DNA of 64,000 bases from Anaeromyxobacteraceae bacterium (lineage in GTDB: Bacteria > Myxococcota > Myxococcia > Myxococcales > Anaeromyxobacteraceae): contig JAULAX010000017.1 in NCBI GenBank assembly GCA_032654565.1, forward strand, positions 128,001 to 192,000, in the 5' to 3' direction. This document shows, piece after piece, positions 11,511 to 22,307 of this stretch (its first letter is position 1; the number at the start of each line of letters is the position of its first letter). The notes under the pieces are model-generated. The model did no database searches. It was not told where the DNA came from and was given only the letters and a program-made list of their open reading frames with translations. Position numbers and translations under genes: made by a program.

Positions 11511-12703
11511 AGCGGGAGCGATCCCACAAGCCGCCGGTCCGCGCCGACGCCGGCACCGCCCGGGAGTGGGCGCCGGGGCGCTTCCTCGCCGAGTTCCCCA
11601 TCTACCGGGTGGTCGACGAGGACGGCAAGCTGGTGGCCGGCGCCGAGCTGGAGATGCCGGAGGCCGAGCTGCTGGCGCTCTACCGCTGGATGGTGCTGGG
11701 GCGCTCGCTCGACGAGCGCATGATCACGCTGCAGCGCCAGGGGCGCATCGGCTTCTACATCGGCGCCATCGGCGAGGAGGCCACGGTGTTCGGCACCGTG
11801 GCGGCGCTGGCGCCGCAGGACTGGATCTTCCCCTCCTACCGGGAGCACGGCGCCGCCTTCCTGCGCGGCCTGCCGCTGGTCACCTTCATGGCCAACCTCT
11901 TCGGCAACGCCGGGGACATCGTCAAGGGGCGGCAGATGCCCTGCCACGAGACCTGGGCGCCCGGCCACTTCGTCTCCATCAGCTCGCCCATCGCCACCCA
12001 GCTGACCCAGGCGGTGGGCGCCGCCTGGGCGGCCCGCATCCAGGGCGACGACATGGTCCCCATCGCCTTCTTCGGCGACGGCTCCACCAGCGCCCACGAC
12101 TTCCACACCGGCCTCAACTTCGCCGCGGTCATGAAGCTGCCGGTCATCTTCGCCTGCCGCAACAACGGCTGGGCCATCAGCACCCCCTCGGCCAGCCAGA
12201 CGGTGTCGGAGACCATGGCCCAGAAGGCCATCGGCTACGGCATGCGCGGCGAGCGGGTGGACGGCAATGACCTGGTGGCGGTCTGGACCGCCACCCGCCG
12301 GGCCCGGCAGCGGGCCGCCGCCGGCGAGGGGCCGACGCTGCTGGAGCTGGTCACCTACCGGATGGAGGGCCACTCCACCTCCGACGACCCGCGCGCCTAC
12401 CGCCCGGCCGAGGTGGTCGAGCCCTGGAAGCGCAAGGACCCCATCATGCGGGTGAAGAAGCTGCTGGCCGCGCGTGGCCTGCTCGACGAGGCCGGCGAGG
12501 CGGCGCTGCGCGAGGAGGTGCGGCTGGAGCTGCAGGCGGCGCTCCAGGAGGCCGAGGCCTTCCCGCCCAAGGCGCCGCTGGCCAGCCTCTTCGAGGACGT
12601 CTACGCCGAGCCGGGCTGGGCCCAGCGCGAGCAGCTGGCCGAGCTCGAGGGCGCCATCGACGCCGACCCGCGCGTCGCCAACCCCCGCCACGTGGAAGGC
12701 TGA
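11507..12703 (+). CDS. 2-oxoacid dehydrogenase E1 alpha (probably branched-chain type)
   Basis: [26 protein letters not shown] motif GDG...NN, HSTSDD. Confidence 0.9.
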   Translation: MKRERSHKPPVRADAGTAREWAPGRFLAEFPIYRVVDEDGKLVAGAELEMPEAELLALYRWMVLGRSLDERMITLQRQGRIGFYIGAIGEEATVFGTVAALAPQDWIFPSYREHGAAFLRGLPLVTFMANLFGNAGDIVKGRQMPCHETWAPGHFVSISSPIATQLTQAVGAAWAARIQGDDMVPIAFFGDGSTSAHDFHTGLNFAAVMKLPVIFACRNNGWAISTPSASQTVSETMAQKAIGYGMRGERVDGNDLVAVWTATRRARQRAAAGEGPTLLELVTYRMEGHSTSDDPRAYRPAEVVEPWKRKDPIMRVKKLLAARGLLDEAGEAALREEVRLELQAALQEAEAFPPKAPLASLFEDVYAEPGWAQREQLAELEGAIDADPRVANPRHVEG

Positions 12704-12713
12704 CCCCGCGCCC

Positions 12714-13688
<975 letters not shown>

Positions 13689-13703
13689 CCGCCGAGGCCC
13701 GCC

Positions 13704-15005
13704 ATGCCCTACACGCTGGAGCTGCCCGACATCGGCGAGGGGGTCGTCGAGGCCGAGATCATGAAGTGGTTCGTCGCCGAGGGTGACGAGGTGGTCGAGG
13801 ACCAGCCGCTGGTGGAGGTGATGACCGACAAGGCGACCGTGACCATCCCGTCGCCGAAGCGGGGGCGGGTGGTGCGCCGCTGCTGGAAGGAGGGGGAGCT
13901 GGCCAGGGTCCACTCGGCGCTGATCGAGCTGGAGCTGGGGGTGGGCGGTGGCGCCGGCAAGGCCCAGTCCCCGGCCGCGCCGACCCGCGTCCCCGCCGCC
14001 ACGGCCCCGTCGGCCCCGTCGGACCGAGCCGGTCCGCCTGCCCAGCCCGTTCAGCCCACCCGACCTGCACCAGCCGCCTCCCCCGCCGCGCCGCTCCGCC
14101 CCGCCGGCACCCGCGCCCTGGCCACGCCGGCCGTCCGCGCCCTGGCCCGAGAGCTCTCTCTCGACCTGCAGCAGGTGGCCGGCAGCGGCGACGGCGGCCG
14201 GGTCACCAAGCAGGATCTCCATTCCTTCACCCAGCGGGGCGGCCCGCCACCGGGCGACGCCCCGCTCGAGGAGCGGCGCGCCGTGGCCCGGGTCTCTCGC
14301 GGCACCGACGAGCGGATCCCGCTGCGCGGCGTCCGCAAGCGGATCGCCGAGAAGATGGCCCTCTCCAAGCGGACCGCCGCCCACTTCACCTTCGTGGAGC
14401 AGTGCGACGTCACCGAGCTGACCCGGCTGAAGGACCGGCTGGCGGCCGGGGCCCGGGCCGAGGGGGTCAAGCTCACCTTCCTGCCCTTCGTGGTCAAGGC
14501 GGTGGTGGCGGCGCTGCAGGCCCACCCCAAGCTCAACGCCGCCCTCGACGAGGCCGCCGGCGAGATCGTCCTGAAGCGTCACTGGGACATCGGCATCGCC
14601 GCCGCCACCGACCAGGGGCTGCTGGTGCCGGTGATCCGCGACGCCGACACCCGCTCGCTGCTCGACCTGGCCCGCGAGATCGAGCGGCTCTCCGGCGAGG
14701 CCAAGGCCGGCAAGGCCCGCGCCGAGGACCACGGCCACTCCACCTTCACCGTCAGCAGCCTGGGGGCGCTGGGCGGGATGTTCGCCACCCCGGTGCTCAA
14801 CCACCCCGAGGTCGGCATCCTCGGCGTCCACCGGGCCCGCCCCACGCCGGTGGTGCGCGACGGGCAGGTGGTGATCCGCGACGTCATGCACGTCTCGGTG
14901 ACCAGCGACCACCGGGTGGTGGACGGCCACGAGGCGGCCGCCTTCTGCTACGAGGTGATCAAGTTCCTCGAGGAGCCGGGGCTGCTCTTCATGCGGCTGG
15001 TCTGA
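13704..15005 (+). CDS. Dihydrolipoamide acyltransferase E2
   Basis: Lipoyl domain MTDKA, E3-binding ATPAVR, catalytic DHRVVDG. Confidence 0.95.
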   Translation: MPYTLELPDIGEGVVEAEIMKWFVAEGDEVVEDQPLVEVMTDKATVTIPSPKRGRVVRRCWKEGELARVHSALIELELGVGGGAGKAQSPAAPTRVPAATAPSAPSDRAGPPAQPVQPTRPAPAASPAAPLRPAGTRALATPAVRALARELSLDLQQVAGSGDGGRVTKQDLHSFTQRGGPPPGDAPLEERRAVARVSRGTDERIPLRGVRKRIAEKMALSKRTAAHFTFVEQCDVTELTRLKDRLAAGARAEGVKLTFLPFVVKAVVAALQAHPKLNAALDEAAGEIVLKRHWDIGIAAATDQGLLVPVIRDADTRSLLDLAREIERLSGEAKAGKARAEDHGHSTFTVSSLGALGGMFATPVLNHPEVGILGVHRARPTPVVRDGQVVIRDVMHVSVTSDHRVVDGHEAAAFCYEVIKFLEEPGLLFMRLV

Positions 15006-15096
15006 CCCGTCCGGTTTCTGGCCGGGACCGGCCGGGCGCGGCGCGTGGCCGGCCCCGAGCGTATATTCAGCGGGCGGAGACCAGGAGAGGGGACAC

Positions 15097-16521
15097 ATGT
15101 CGACCAGGACGTTCGAGGCGGTGGTCATCGGCGCGGGGCCGGGCGGGTACGTGGCCGCCATCCGGCTGGCGCAGCTCGGCAAGAAGGTGGCGCTGGTGGA
15201 GAAGGAGTCGCTGGGCGGGGTCTGCCTCAACTGGGGCTGCATCCCGTCGAAGGCGCTGATCGCCGCCGCCAACCTGGTCGAGGACGTGCGCGGGGCGGCC
15301 GAGCGCGGCATCCTCGCCGAGGCGCCGCGGGTGGACGCGGCCAAGCTGCGCGAGTTCAAGAACGGCGTGGTCAAGAAGCTGGTGGGCGGCGTCGGCCAGC
15401 TCCAGAAGGGGAACGGCGTCGAGGTCATCAAGGGGACGGCGAAGTTCGTCTCGCCCACCGCCATCGAGGTGACCGGCGGCGCCGAGCCGCTGCGCGTCGA
15501 GGCCCCGGCCTTCATCCTCGCCACCGGCGCCCGCTCCATCGAGATCCCCGGCTTCGCCTTCGACGGCAAGGACGTCTGGAGCGCCCGCGAGGCGGTCGAC
15601 CTGCCGGAGGTGCCGAAGCGGCTGGTGGTGGTGGGCGGGGGGGTCATCGGCCTCGAGCTCGGCACCGTCTACGCCAAGCTGGGCAGCGAGGTGACCTTCC
15701 TGGAGGCCCTGCCGACCATCCTGGCCGGCATCGACGCCGAGGCGGTGCGCCTCGTGCAGAAGGGGCTGCGGCAGCGCAAGGCCACCGTCCACGTCAACGC
15801 CAAGGCCAAGGGGTTCGAGCGCAAGGGGAAGGAGCTGGTGGTGAAGTTCGAGGTGGACGGCGCCGCCCAGACCGTCTCCTGCGACAAGATCCTGGTGGCG
15901 GTGGGGATGCGCCCGGTCACCGACGGTCTCGGGCTGGAGGCGGCCGGCGTCAAGGTGGGGCCCAAGGGGTTCGTCGAGGTGGACGCCCAGTACCGGACCA
16001 GCGCCCCGAGCGTCTTCGCCATCGGCGACCTCTCCGGCCCGCCGCTGCTGGCCCACAAGGCCTCCAAGGAGGGCGAGATCGCCGCCGAGGTGATCGCCGG
16101 CAAGAAGAGCGCCCGCGACTGGGTGGCGCTGCCGGCCGCCATCTTCAGCGACCCGGAGGTGGCCGCGGTGGGGCTCTCCGAGGAGCAGGCGGTGGCCGCC
16201 GGCTTCGAGCCCATGGTGGGCAAGTTCGCCTTCGCGGCGCTGGGGCGGGCCATCGCCATGGACCACACCGAGGGGTTCGTGAAGGTGGTGGGCGACAAGA
16301 AGTCCGGGCTGCTGCTGGGCGTGACCATGTGCGGCCCGGAGGCCTCGGATCTCATCGCCGAGGCGGCGCTGGCCCTGGAGATGGGCGCCTACGTGGAGGA
16401 CGTGGCCCTGACCATCCACGCCCACCCGACGCTGGCCGAGGCCTTCATGGAGGCCTGCAAGGCGGCGCTGGGCGAGGCCATCCACGCCCTCAACCGGCCG
16501 GAACGGCCGAAGAAGGCGTGA
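15097..16521 (+). CDS. lpdA: Dihydrolipoyl dehydrogenase E3
   Basis: GAGPGG, GGVCLNWGCIPSK, HAHPTLAE. Confidence 0.97.
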   Translation: MSTRTFEAVVIGAGPGGYVAAIRLAQLGKKVALVEKESLGGVCLNWGCIPSKALIAAANLVEDVRGAAERGILAEAPRVDAAKLREFKNGVVKKLVGGVGQLQKGNGVEVIKGTAKFVSPTAIEVTGGAEPLRVEAPAFILATGARSIEIPGFAFDGKDVWSAREAVDLPEVPKRLVVVGGGVIGLELGTVYAKLGSEVTFLEALPTILAGIDAEAVRLVQKGLRQRKATVHVNAKAKGFERKGKELVVKFEVDGAAQTVSCDKILVAVGMRPVTDGLGLEAAGVKVGPKGFVEVDAQYRTSAPSVFAIGDLSGPPLLAHKASKEGEIAAEVIAGKKSARDWVALPAAIFSDPEVAAVGLSEEQAVAAGFEPMVGKFAFAALGRAIAMDHTEGFVKVVGDKKSGLLLGVTMCGPEASDLIAEAALALEMGAYVEDVALTIHAHPTLAEAFMEACKAALGEAIHALNRPERPKKA

Positions 16522-17672
16522 GATCCCTCCAGCTCCACCGGCTCGGGCGGGTCGAGTACCAGGACGGCCTCTCGCTGATGCGGCTGGCGGGCGAGGCGGT
16601 CCGCGGCGGGCTGCCGCCGGAGACCGACCACCTCTTCCTGCTGGAGCACCCGCCGGTGCTCACCTTCGGCCGCAGCGCCGACCGGACCCACCTGATCGCC
16701 GCGCCGGCCTGGCTGGCGGCGCAGGGGTTCGAGCTGCACGAGACCGACCGGGGCGGCGACGTCACCTACCACGGCCCCGGGCAGGTGGTCGGCTACCCGG
16801 TGCTCGACCTGGCCGACCGCCCCGACGTGCGCCGCTACGTGGCGGCGCTGGAGGAGGCGATGATCCGGACCTGCGCCGACCACGGCCTCGCCGCCGGCCG
16901 CCACGAGGAGCACCGCGGCGCCTGGGTGGGCGCGAAGAAGATCGGCGCCGTGGGTGTCCACCTGGCCCGCTGGATCACCAGCCACGGCTTCGCCTTCAAC
17001 CACGCGCCCGACCTGCAGCACTTCCAGGTGATCGTCCCCTGCGGCATCGCCGACCCGCGGCTCGGCGTCACCACGCTGGCGGCGGAGCTGGCGGCGCGCG
17101 GCCGGGCCACCCCGCCGGTCGAGGAGGTGGAGCTGCAGCTGGCCACCCACGCCGCGGCGGCGCTGGAGCGGGCCCTGGTCCCCGGCCCGGCGGCGCTGCG
17201 GACGGTGTCGGTGGTGCCGGTGGGGAGCGACGGCCGGGTGCTGCTGCTGAAGCGGGCGCCGGGGCGGGGCGGCTTCTGGCAGCCGGTCACCGGGCGGATC
17301 GAGCCGGGCGAGACGGCGGCCGAGGCGGCGCGGCGCGAGCTGCGCGAGGAGACCGGGGCCGACGTGGCGGTGGCGCCGCTCGGCTACCGGCACGGGTTCG
17401 CCATCGACCACGCGGTGATGGGGCGGGCCCCCGGGCCTGTGCGCGGCGCCGACGAAGAGGCCTTCGTGGCCCGGCTGCCGGCCGGATTCGAGCCGTGCCT
17501 CTCCGAGGAGCACGTGGAGCTGGCCTGGCACCCGCCCGAGGAGGCGGCCGCCGTCCCGCGCTTCGCCGGGCTGCGCCGGGCCATCCGGCTGGCGACCGGG
17601 CTGGAGCGGCCAGCGCCTAGCGCCCCAGCAGCAGCCGCAGCAGCGCCCGCACCGGCCGCCACAGGTAGGTGA
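16518..17672 (+). CDS. lipB: Lipoyl(octanoyl) transferase LipB fused to a C-terminal NUDIX hydrolase domain
   Basis: LLEHPPV.T.G, RGGDVTYHGPGQ, KIGAVG, HGFAFN, IVPCG; then Nudix box GRIEPGETAAEAARRELREETG. Confidence 0.9.
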   Translation: MRSLQLHRLGRVEYQDGLSLMRLAGEAVRGGLPPETDHLFLLEHPPVLTFGRSADRTHLIAAPAWLAAQGFELHETDRGGDVTYHGPGQVVGYPVLDLADRPDVRRYVAALEEAMIRTCADHGLAAGRHEEHRGAWVGAKKIGAVGVHLARWITSHGFAFNHAPDLQHFQVIVPCGIADPRLGVTTLAAELAARGRATPPVEEVELQLATHAAAALERALVPGPAALRTVSVVPVGSDGRVLLLKRAPGRGGFWQPVTGRIEPGETAAEAARRELREETGADVAVAPLGYRHGFAIDHAVMGRAPGPVRGADEEAFVARLPAGFEPCLSEEHVELAWHPPEEAAAVPRFAGLRRAIRLATGLERPAPSAPAAAAAAPAPAATGR

Positions 17673-18801
17673 GCGGCAGCAGCGGCGACCGCCGCCCCAC
17701 GCCGTACCGCTCGGCCATGAAGTCGGGCGAGGGGAGGAGCGCGCCGAGGCCGACGCCGGCGAGCAGCCCCACCTGCCCCTCCAGCGTGGCGCCGCGGACC
17801 AGCAGGGCCCGCCGGAGCCGGGTCCAGGGCCACCACGGGGGGGCCAGCACCACCTCGGCCCCGCGCCCCCAGAGGCGGCCCGGCCGGGCCACGGCGGCGC
17901 GCGACTCCTCCAGCAGCCGGAGCGAGGCGGTCACCGGGGCCCCGTAGATCCGCTCGGCCTCGGCGAGCGAGGCGCCGCCGGCCAGCAGCGCGTTCAGGTC
18001 GGCGACGTGGCGCGGCAGGTAGCGCCGCTCGCCGCGGTGGCCGCCGAAGACGTGGGCGCAGAGGATGCCGAGCAGGTCGGTAGCGGACGGGACGGCGCCG
18101 ACGGGACCTCCGCCCTGGAGGGCGCGGGCCCAGACGCCGTCGTCGAAGCGGTGGGACAGGTGGCCGGGAAGCTCGTGGTGCAGCTCGACGGTGATCGACT
18201 CGGGGCTGATGAGCGGGGGCAAGTGGTGGCCGAGCTGCTTGGGGCGGCCCACGGCGCCGAAGAGCCGCCCGTCCATGGTGGCGCCCACCTGGTAGTCGGT
18301 GTATCCGGCGGCGCGGAGCAGGTCGGCCGCCCGGTGGACCTCGGCCGGGTGGATGAGGATGTCCAGGTCGGCCTGGTAGCGGAGCGAGAAGTAGCGCGGG
18401 GCGTGGTGGGCCATGGCCGTCCCCTTGAGCGCCAGGGACGCGACGCCGGCGGCGGAGAGCGTGCGGTGGACCCTGGCGGCCACGTGGGCGTGGAGTGCGT
18501 TCCGGGCGGCGATGTACCCGGCCTCGGCCGCGACCCGGGACAGCAGGGCCGGGGGCAGGGCGCCCCCGAGCCCAGCCGCCTCGATCCCGTCGAAGAGCAT
18601 GCCGGCGAGGCCGAGCGAGCCGGCCGCGTCGATCAGCGCCTCCCAGTCGAGCCCGGCGCTGGCCAGCGCGCGCAGGCGGGCCAGGTCGAGCGCGCCCTCG
18701 AAGAGGCAGCCGAGCAGGAAGGCCCGCTCCGGGGCGGCGAGCCAGGTCCGCTCGGACGGCACGGTCGTCGGTCTCCCTCCGGCTGGCGCGGCGGCGGCCA
18801 T
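17617..18801 (-). CDS. Nucleotidyltransferase family protein (NTP_transf_5-like)
   Basis: LALKG...LRYQADLDILI...VELHHEL motifs; ATG overlaps the kinase stop. Confidence 0.8.
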   Translation of the reverse strand: MAAAAPAGGRPTTVPSERTWLAAPERAFLLGCLFEGALDLARLRALASAGLDWEALIDAAGSLGLAGMLFDGIEAAGLGGALPPALLSRVAAEAGYIAARNALHAHVAARVHRTLSAAGVASLALKGTAMAHHAPRYFSLRYQADLDILIHPAEVHRAADLLRAAGYTDYQVGATMDGRLFGAVGRPKQLGHHLPPLISPESITVELHHELPGHLSHRFDDGVWARALQGGGPVGAVPSATDLLGILCAHVFGGHRGERRYLPRHVADLNALLAGGASLAEAERIYGAPVTASLRLLEESRAAVARPGRLWGRGAEVVLAPPWWPWTRLRRALLVRGATLEGQVGLLAGVGLGALLPSPDFMAERYGVGRRSPLLPLTYLWRPVRALLRLLLGR

Positions 18802-19772
18802 CAGGCGCCCAGCCTGTCGAGGATGCGCCGCGCGGTGCCGATCGGGTCGGTGAGCAGGTCGAGCCCGAGCCCGGCCCGGTAGGCGGTGGCCCCGTTGGCG
18901 AGCGCCGCCAGCACCGGCAGGTGGCCCTGGCCGCCGGGGAGGCCGCGCGTCGCCACCAGCACCGAGGACTCGAGCAGCGCCCCGAGCGCCGTCGCTGGCC
19001 CGGCCGGCTCGAGCCGGGTGGCTGGCTCGCCGGTGAGGCGCGGCAGCAGGATGAAGGCCGGCGCGTCGCCCTCGGCCTGGAAGCGGTCGGGGAACACGCT
19101 GACGGCGTCGAGCCGCCCCTTGCCGGCCCCGGTCTGGAGGCGCGGGTCGAGCCGGCTGGTGAGCCCCAGGGCCCGGGCCGCCCCCTCCGCCAGGTGGAAA
19201 TCCCGCGCCAGGGCGAGGAGCCGGACCGAGGGGCCGTGGCCACGGACGAAGAGGGTGTCGTCGCCGAGGAAGCCGGCCCCGGCCAGGACCAGCGCGGTGG
19301 CCAGCGTGCTCTTCCCCGAGCCGGAGGTAGCCGGGACGAGGACGGTGCCGAGGCCGGGCAGGACCAGCCCGGCGGCGTGGAGGTGGTAGCAGCCGAGCGC
19401 CCGGAGGGCGACCGCCAGGGCGACGAGCAGCGGCCCCTGCGCGATCAGCTCCTCCCCCTCGACGCTGGCCACCGCCGCCGGCGCCATCTGCGCCTCGATG
19501 ACCGGGCCGTCGACGGTGATCCGGGTCCCAGGGCCGACCAGCTCCACCAGCTGGCCAGCGATCCGGACCCGGATGGTGCCGTAGTCGAAGGCGTCGGGGC
19601 CGGGGAGGCGCGGCTGCAGCTCGGCGGGCGCGCCGGGGGCGCACCGGATGGTGAGGGCCGCGGGTGGTCCGGTGGAGGCGGCCGGGAGGGAGGCCAGCAG
19701 CCGGGCCCCCGGGTCACCCGGGAGGGTGGAAGTGGTCTCGACGACGAGACCGTGGAAGTCGAAGCGGGGCAC
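18801..19772 (-). CDS. HPr kinase-like P-loop kinase
   Basis: HLHAAG, SGSGKST Walker A and GFLGDD motif. Confidence 0.82.
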   Translation of the reverse strand: MPRFDFHGLVVETTSTLPGDPGARLLASLPAASTGPPAALTIRCAPGAPAELQPRLPGPDAFDYGTIRVRIAGQLVELVGPGTRITVDGPVIEAQMAPAAVASVEGEELIAQGPLLVALAVALRALGCYHLHAAGLVLPGLGTVLVPATSGSGKSTLATALVLAGAGFLGDDTLFVRGHGPSVRLLALARDFHLAEGAARALGLTSRLDPRLQTGAGKGRLDAVSVFPDRFQAEGDAPAFILLPRLTGEPATRLEPAGPATALGALLESSVLVATRGLPGGQGHLPVLAALANGATAYRAGLGLDLLTDPIGTARRILDRLGA

Positions 19773-19778
19773 GGTGGC

Positions 19779-20063
19779 TCACGCTGGCGGCGCGAGCAGC
19801 CCTTCGGTGGTCAGCTCGGCCAGCAGCGCGGCCACGTCGGCGCCGATCGCGGCCGGGTCGGCCTCCGGGAAGCTGGCGGCGAGGCTGCGGGCGACGGCGA
19901 CGGCGTCGGTGGCGGCGCCCGCGGAGATGAGCTTCCAGACCCGCACGCCGGTCGGGTTGAGCGTGAAGTAGCACCTGCTGCCGACGTGGAGGAGCACGCC
20001 GGTGCCGTCCTTCAGCTCGGTCAGGACCACCTCATCGCTCGGCTTCAGCCCGGCCACACCCAC
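19779..20063 (-). CDS. Stand-alone PqqD-family RiPP recognition element (RRE); true start may be the GTG at 20057
   Basis: GVLLH...YFTLNPTG..VWKLI...LAASF...ADV..LL.EL..EGLL, the PqqD pattern. Confidence 0.88.
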   Translation of the reverse strand: MGVAGLKPSDEVVLTELKDGTGVLLHVGSRCYFTLNPTGVRVWKLISAGAATDAVAVARSLAASFPEADPAAIGADVAALLAELTTEGLLAPPA

Positions 20064-20129
20064 CTCCAGCTTGGTTCCGCCGAGCCTACCCGGAAGCCGG
20101 GCCGGGGCGAAGCCGGCCGGCGAGGCGGC

Positions 20130-21113
20130 TCAGCGCGCGAAGACGGCGCCGAAGGCCTGGCCGGGGCACGACGTCAGCCGGTGCTTGACCGCGCCGGTGG
20201 CGTAGTCGAGCAGGTAGAGGTCGTAGCCGCTCCCGGTCCGGCGCGAGACGGCCACCGAGGCGTTGCTTGCGTCGACGGCCGGGTCGGCCTCGTTGCCGTT
20301 GGAGATGACCCGCGTGGTCTTCCCGGCCAGGTCGAACGAGACCAACTCGGTGGGAATGGAGCCGGCGCCGGTGCTGGAGAAGCGGGCGTAGACCAGGGCG
20401 GCGCCATCGGCGGTGAGGTCGAACTTGCTGGAGAGACCGGAGCCGAAGGTGACCTGGGCCGGGTTGGCGCCGCTCGCCTCCACCGTCCAGAGCTCCTGGC
20501 CGGCCTGGTAGGAGAGGTAGTAGAGCCGGGCGCCGTCCGGAGACCAGCGGGGCAGCGTGGCGGCGGCCGGGTCGGTGGTGAGCCGGACCACGGCGCCACC
20601 GGCGACCGGGACGGTGAAGAGGTCGGTCCAGCCGCCGGTCACCGACAGGCTCCCCTCGAAGGCGATGGTGGCGCCGTCCGGCGAGACCGACGGCGTCGCG
20701 GCCAGCAGCGGCTCGGCGGTCGCCGGGGGCGGGGCCAGGGCGAAGCTGGTGGGGAGCGGCGACTCCACCCCCGACACGAGGTCGAGCAGGTAGAGCTGGT
20801 TCCGGCCGGTGCGCGTGGACGAGTAGGCGAGCCGCTGGCCGCCCGGGAAGAAGGCCGGCACCCCGTAGTAGGCGTCGTCGACGGTGACCCGCTGGGCGCA
20901 GCTGCCGTCGGCCCTGGAGATGAAGAGGGCCGGGTTGGAGCCACCGTCCTTGATGAAGGCGTAGGCCAGCCAGCCGGGCCCGGGGACGCAGCCGGCGGGG
21001 CGCGCGGTGGAGGCCGGGTAGCTGTCGGCGGTGCAGGCGGGGGGCGGGAGCTCGGTGTTCCAGCAGGCCGCCAGGGTCACCGCCAGCAGCAGCGTGAGGG
21101 GGCGGCGGGGCAC
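20130..21113 (-). CDS. TolB-like beta-propeller (PD40 repeat) lipoprotein
   Basis: Lipobox LAAC; repeats PSVSPDGATIAF, PRWSPDGARLYY, RTGRNQLYL, RLTTDP. Confidence 0.8.
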   Translation of the reverse strand: MPRRPLTLLLAVTLAACWNTELPPPACTADSYPASTARPAGCVPGPGWLAYAFIKDGGSNPALFISRADGSCAQRVTVDDAYYGVPAFFPGGQRLAYSSTRTGRNQLYLLDLVSGVESPLPTSFALAPPPATAEPLLAATPSVSPDGATIAFEGSLSVTGGWTDLFTVPVAGGAVVRLTTDPAAATLPRWSPDGARLYYLSYQAGQELWTVEASGANPAQVTFGSGLSSKFDLTADGAALVYARFSSTGAGSIPTELVSFDLAGKTTRVISNGNEADPAVDASNASVAVSRRTGSGYDLYLLDYATGAVKHRLTSCPGQAFGAVFAR

Positions 21114-21118
21114 GGGAT

Positions 21119-21313
21119 TCAGGGGTCGCCGATGAAGCCTGGACCGCCCGGTGTTGGCCTGCAGATCAGGCCGACGGCGCAGCTTAGCGTGATGGACTCA
21201 AGCGACCGCTTGCCGGTCAGGCGCGGCGCCACGTACGGCTGGCGAGCGGGCGAGCCCTTCGGCTGGCCGATCACCTGGGGGATTGAAACGCCCGTGGTCA
21301 GCTCGTTCTTCAT
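21119..21313 (-). CDS. Putative RiPP precursor peptide (64 aa; lasso-type leader, non-lasso core)
   Basis: Leader ...YVAPRLTGKRSLESITL, predicted core SCAVGLICRPTPGGPGFIGDP; fills the gap between two co-oriented genes (7-nt and 5-nt spacers). Confidence 0.75.
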   Translation of the reverse strand: MKNELTTGVSIPQVIGQPKGSPARQPYVAPRLTGKRSLESITLSCAVGLICRPTPGGPGFIGDP

Positions 21314-21320
21314 GGCCTGC

Positions 21321-22307
21321 CTACCTCGCCACGACCTGGAAGACCGGGTTGATCGCCTGGGACCCGACTGTCGTCACGTTGCTGCCGGGGAGCCTGAACG
21401 CGGGGCGGAGGGTCCACTGGTACCAGTAGCCGACCGGGACCGTGGCGGTGGCCTGCTTGTTCGTGGTGACGCTGGCCTGACGGATGATGGTCAGGCAGGC
21501 GGCCGGGTCGAAGGCGCCGGTCGAGACTGCGTTGCACTGCCTGATCGCCAGCTCGGAGCCGCGTCCAGTCGGCAGGGCGACCAGACTGCCTGCCGGCGTG
21601 GTCCCGTCGGCGGTCTTGTCTTCTGTCCAGGCGAAGGAGACCTTGTAGGTGCTGCTCCGGGTCCTGAAGACACGTCCGTTGGTCGGACCGGTGATGCTGG
21701 GCAGCGCCGGGACGATCTCGGCCCAGAGCTGGCCGTCGAACCAGAAGGCGCCGTTGTCTGGGAGCTGCAGCCCCCACTTGCGCGAGCGCCTGGGCTGGCC
21801 CTGCGGGCCCGCGTCGAGCGCATCGTACCGGTAGAGGTGGATGTTCGGGTTGAGCGATCCGGTGAAGGTGCCGGCCGAGTCCTTGGGGCCGCAGAAGGTC
21901 TGTCCGCCGCTCACCGAGGTGATGCGGACGTAGACGTTGCGGAGCTGCTCCTTGAAGCCGGTGAGCACCTCGACGTCGGCGTACATGATCTCCGGGGAGC
22001 CGAGATCGCAGCCGGAGAGGTAGCCGACCCCGCCCGAGGCGAAGGCGACGTTGGAGCTGTAGAGCTGGAGCGTCCCGCTCGAGGCGGTGAGGGGATCGCC
22101 GTTGTGATCCTGGGTGATGAGGCTGATGGCGGCCAGGGGCCCGGCCATGATCTGGAACCGGCCGGCGGCCGGCTCGGCGAAGCCGGTGAAGCCGATCTGC
22201 TGCTGGACCGGCGCCGAGGCCTCGGAAGGGGCTTGCGGCGCCTCGCCACAGCCGGCGACCAACGCGATGGCGCCCAGACAGAGAGTGCGCGCGAACTGGC
22301 GGTACAT
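21321..22307 (-). CDS. Hypothetical beta-rich lipoprotein
   Basis: Strong RBS AGGGAGG, lipobox VAGC, Ser/Thr/Gly-rich with several further Cys; no family recognised. Confidence 0.7.
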   Translation of the reverse strand: MYRQFARTLCLGAIALVAGCGEAPQAPSEASAPVQQQIGFTGFAEPAAGRFQIMAGPLAAISLITQDHNGDPLTASSGTLQLYSSNVAFASGGVGYLSGCDLGSPEIMYADVEVLTGFKEQLRNVYVRITSVSGGQTFCGPKDSAGTFTGSLNPNIHLYRYDALDAGPQGQPRRSRKWGLQLPDNGAFWFDGQLWAEIVPALPSITGPTNGRVFRTRSSTYKVSFAWTEDKTADGTTPAGSLVALPTGRGSELAIRQCNAVSTGAFDPAACLTIIRQASVTTNKQATATVPVGYWYQWTLRPAFRLPGSNVTTVGSQAINPVFQVVAR

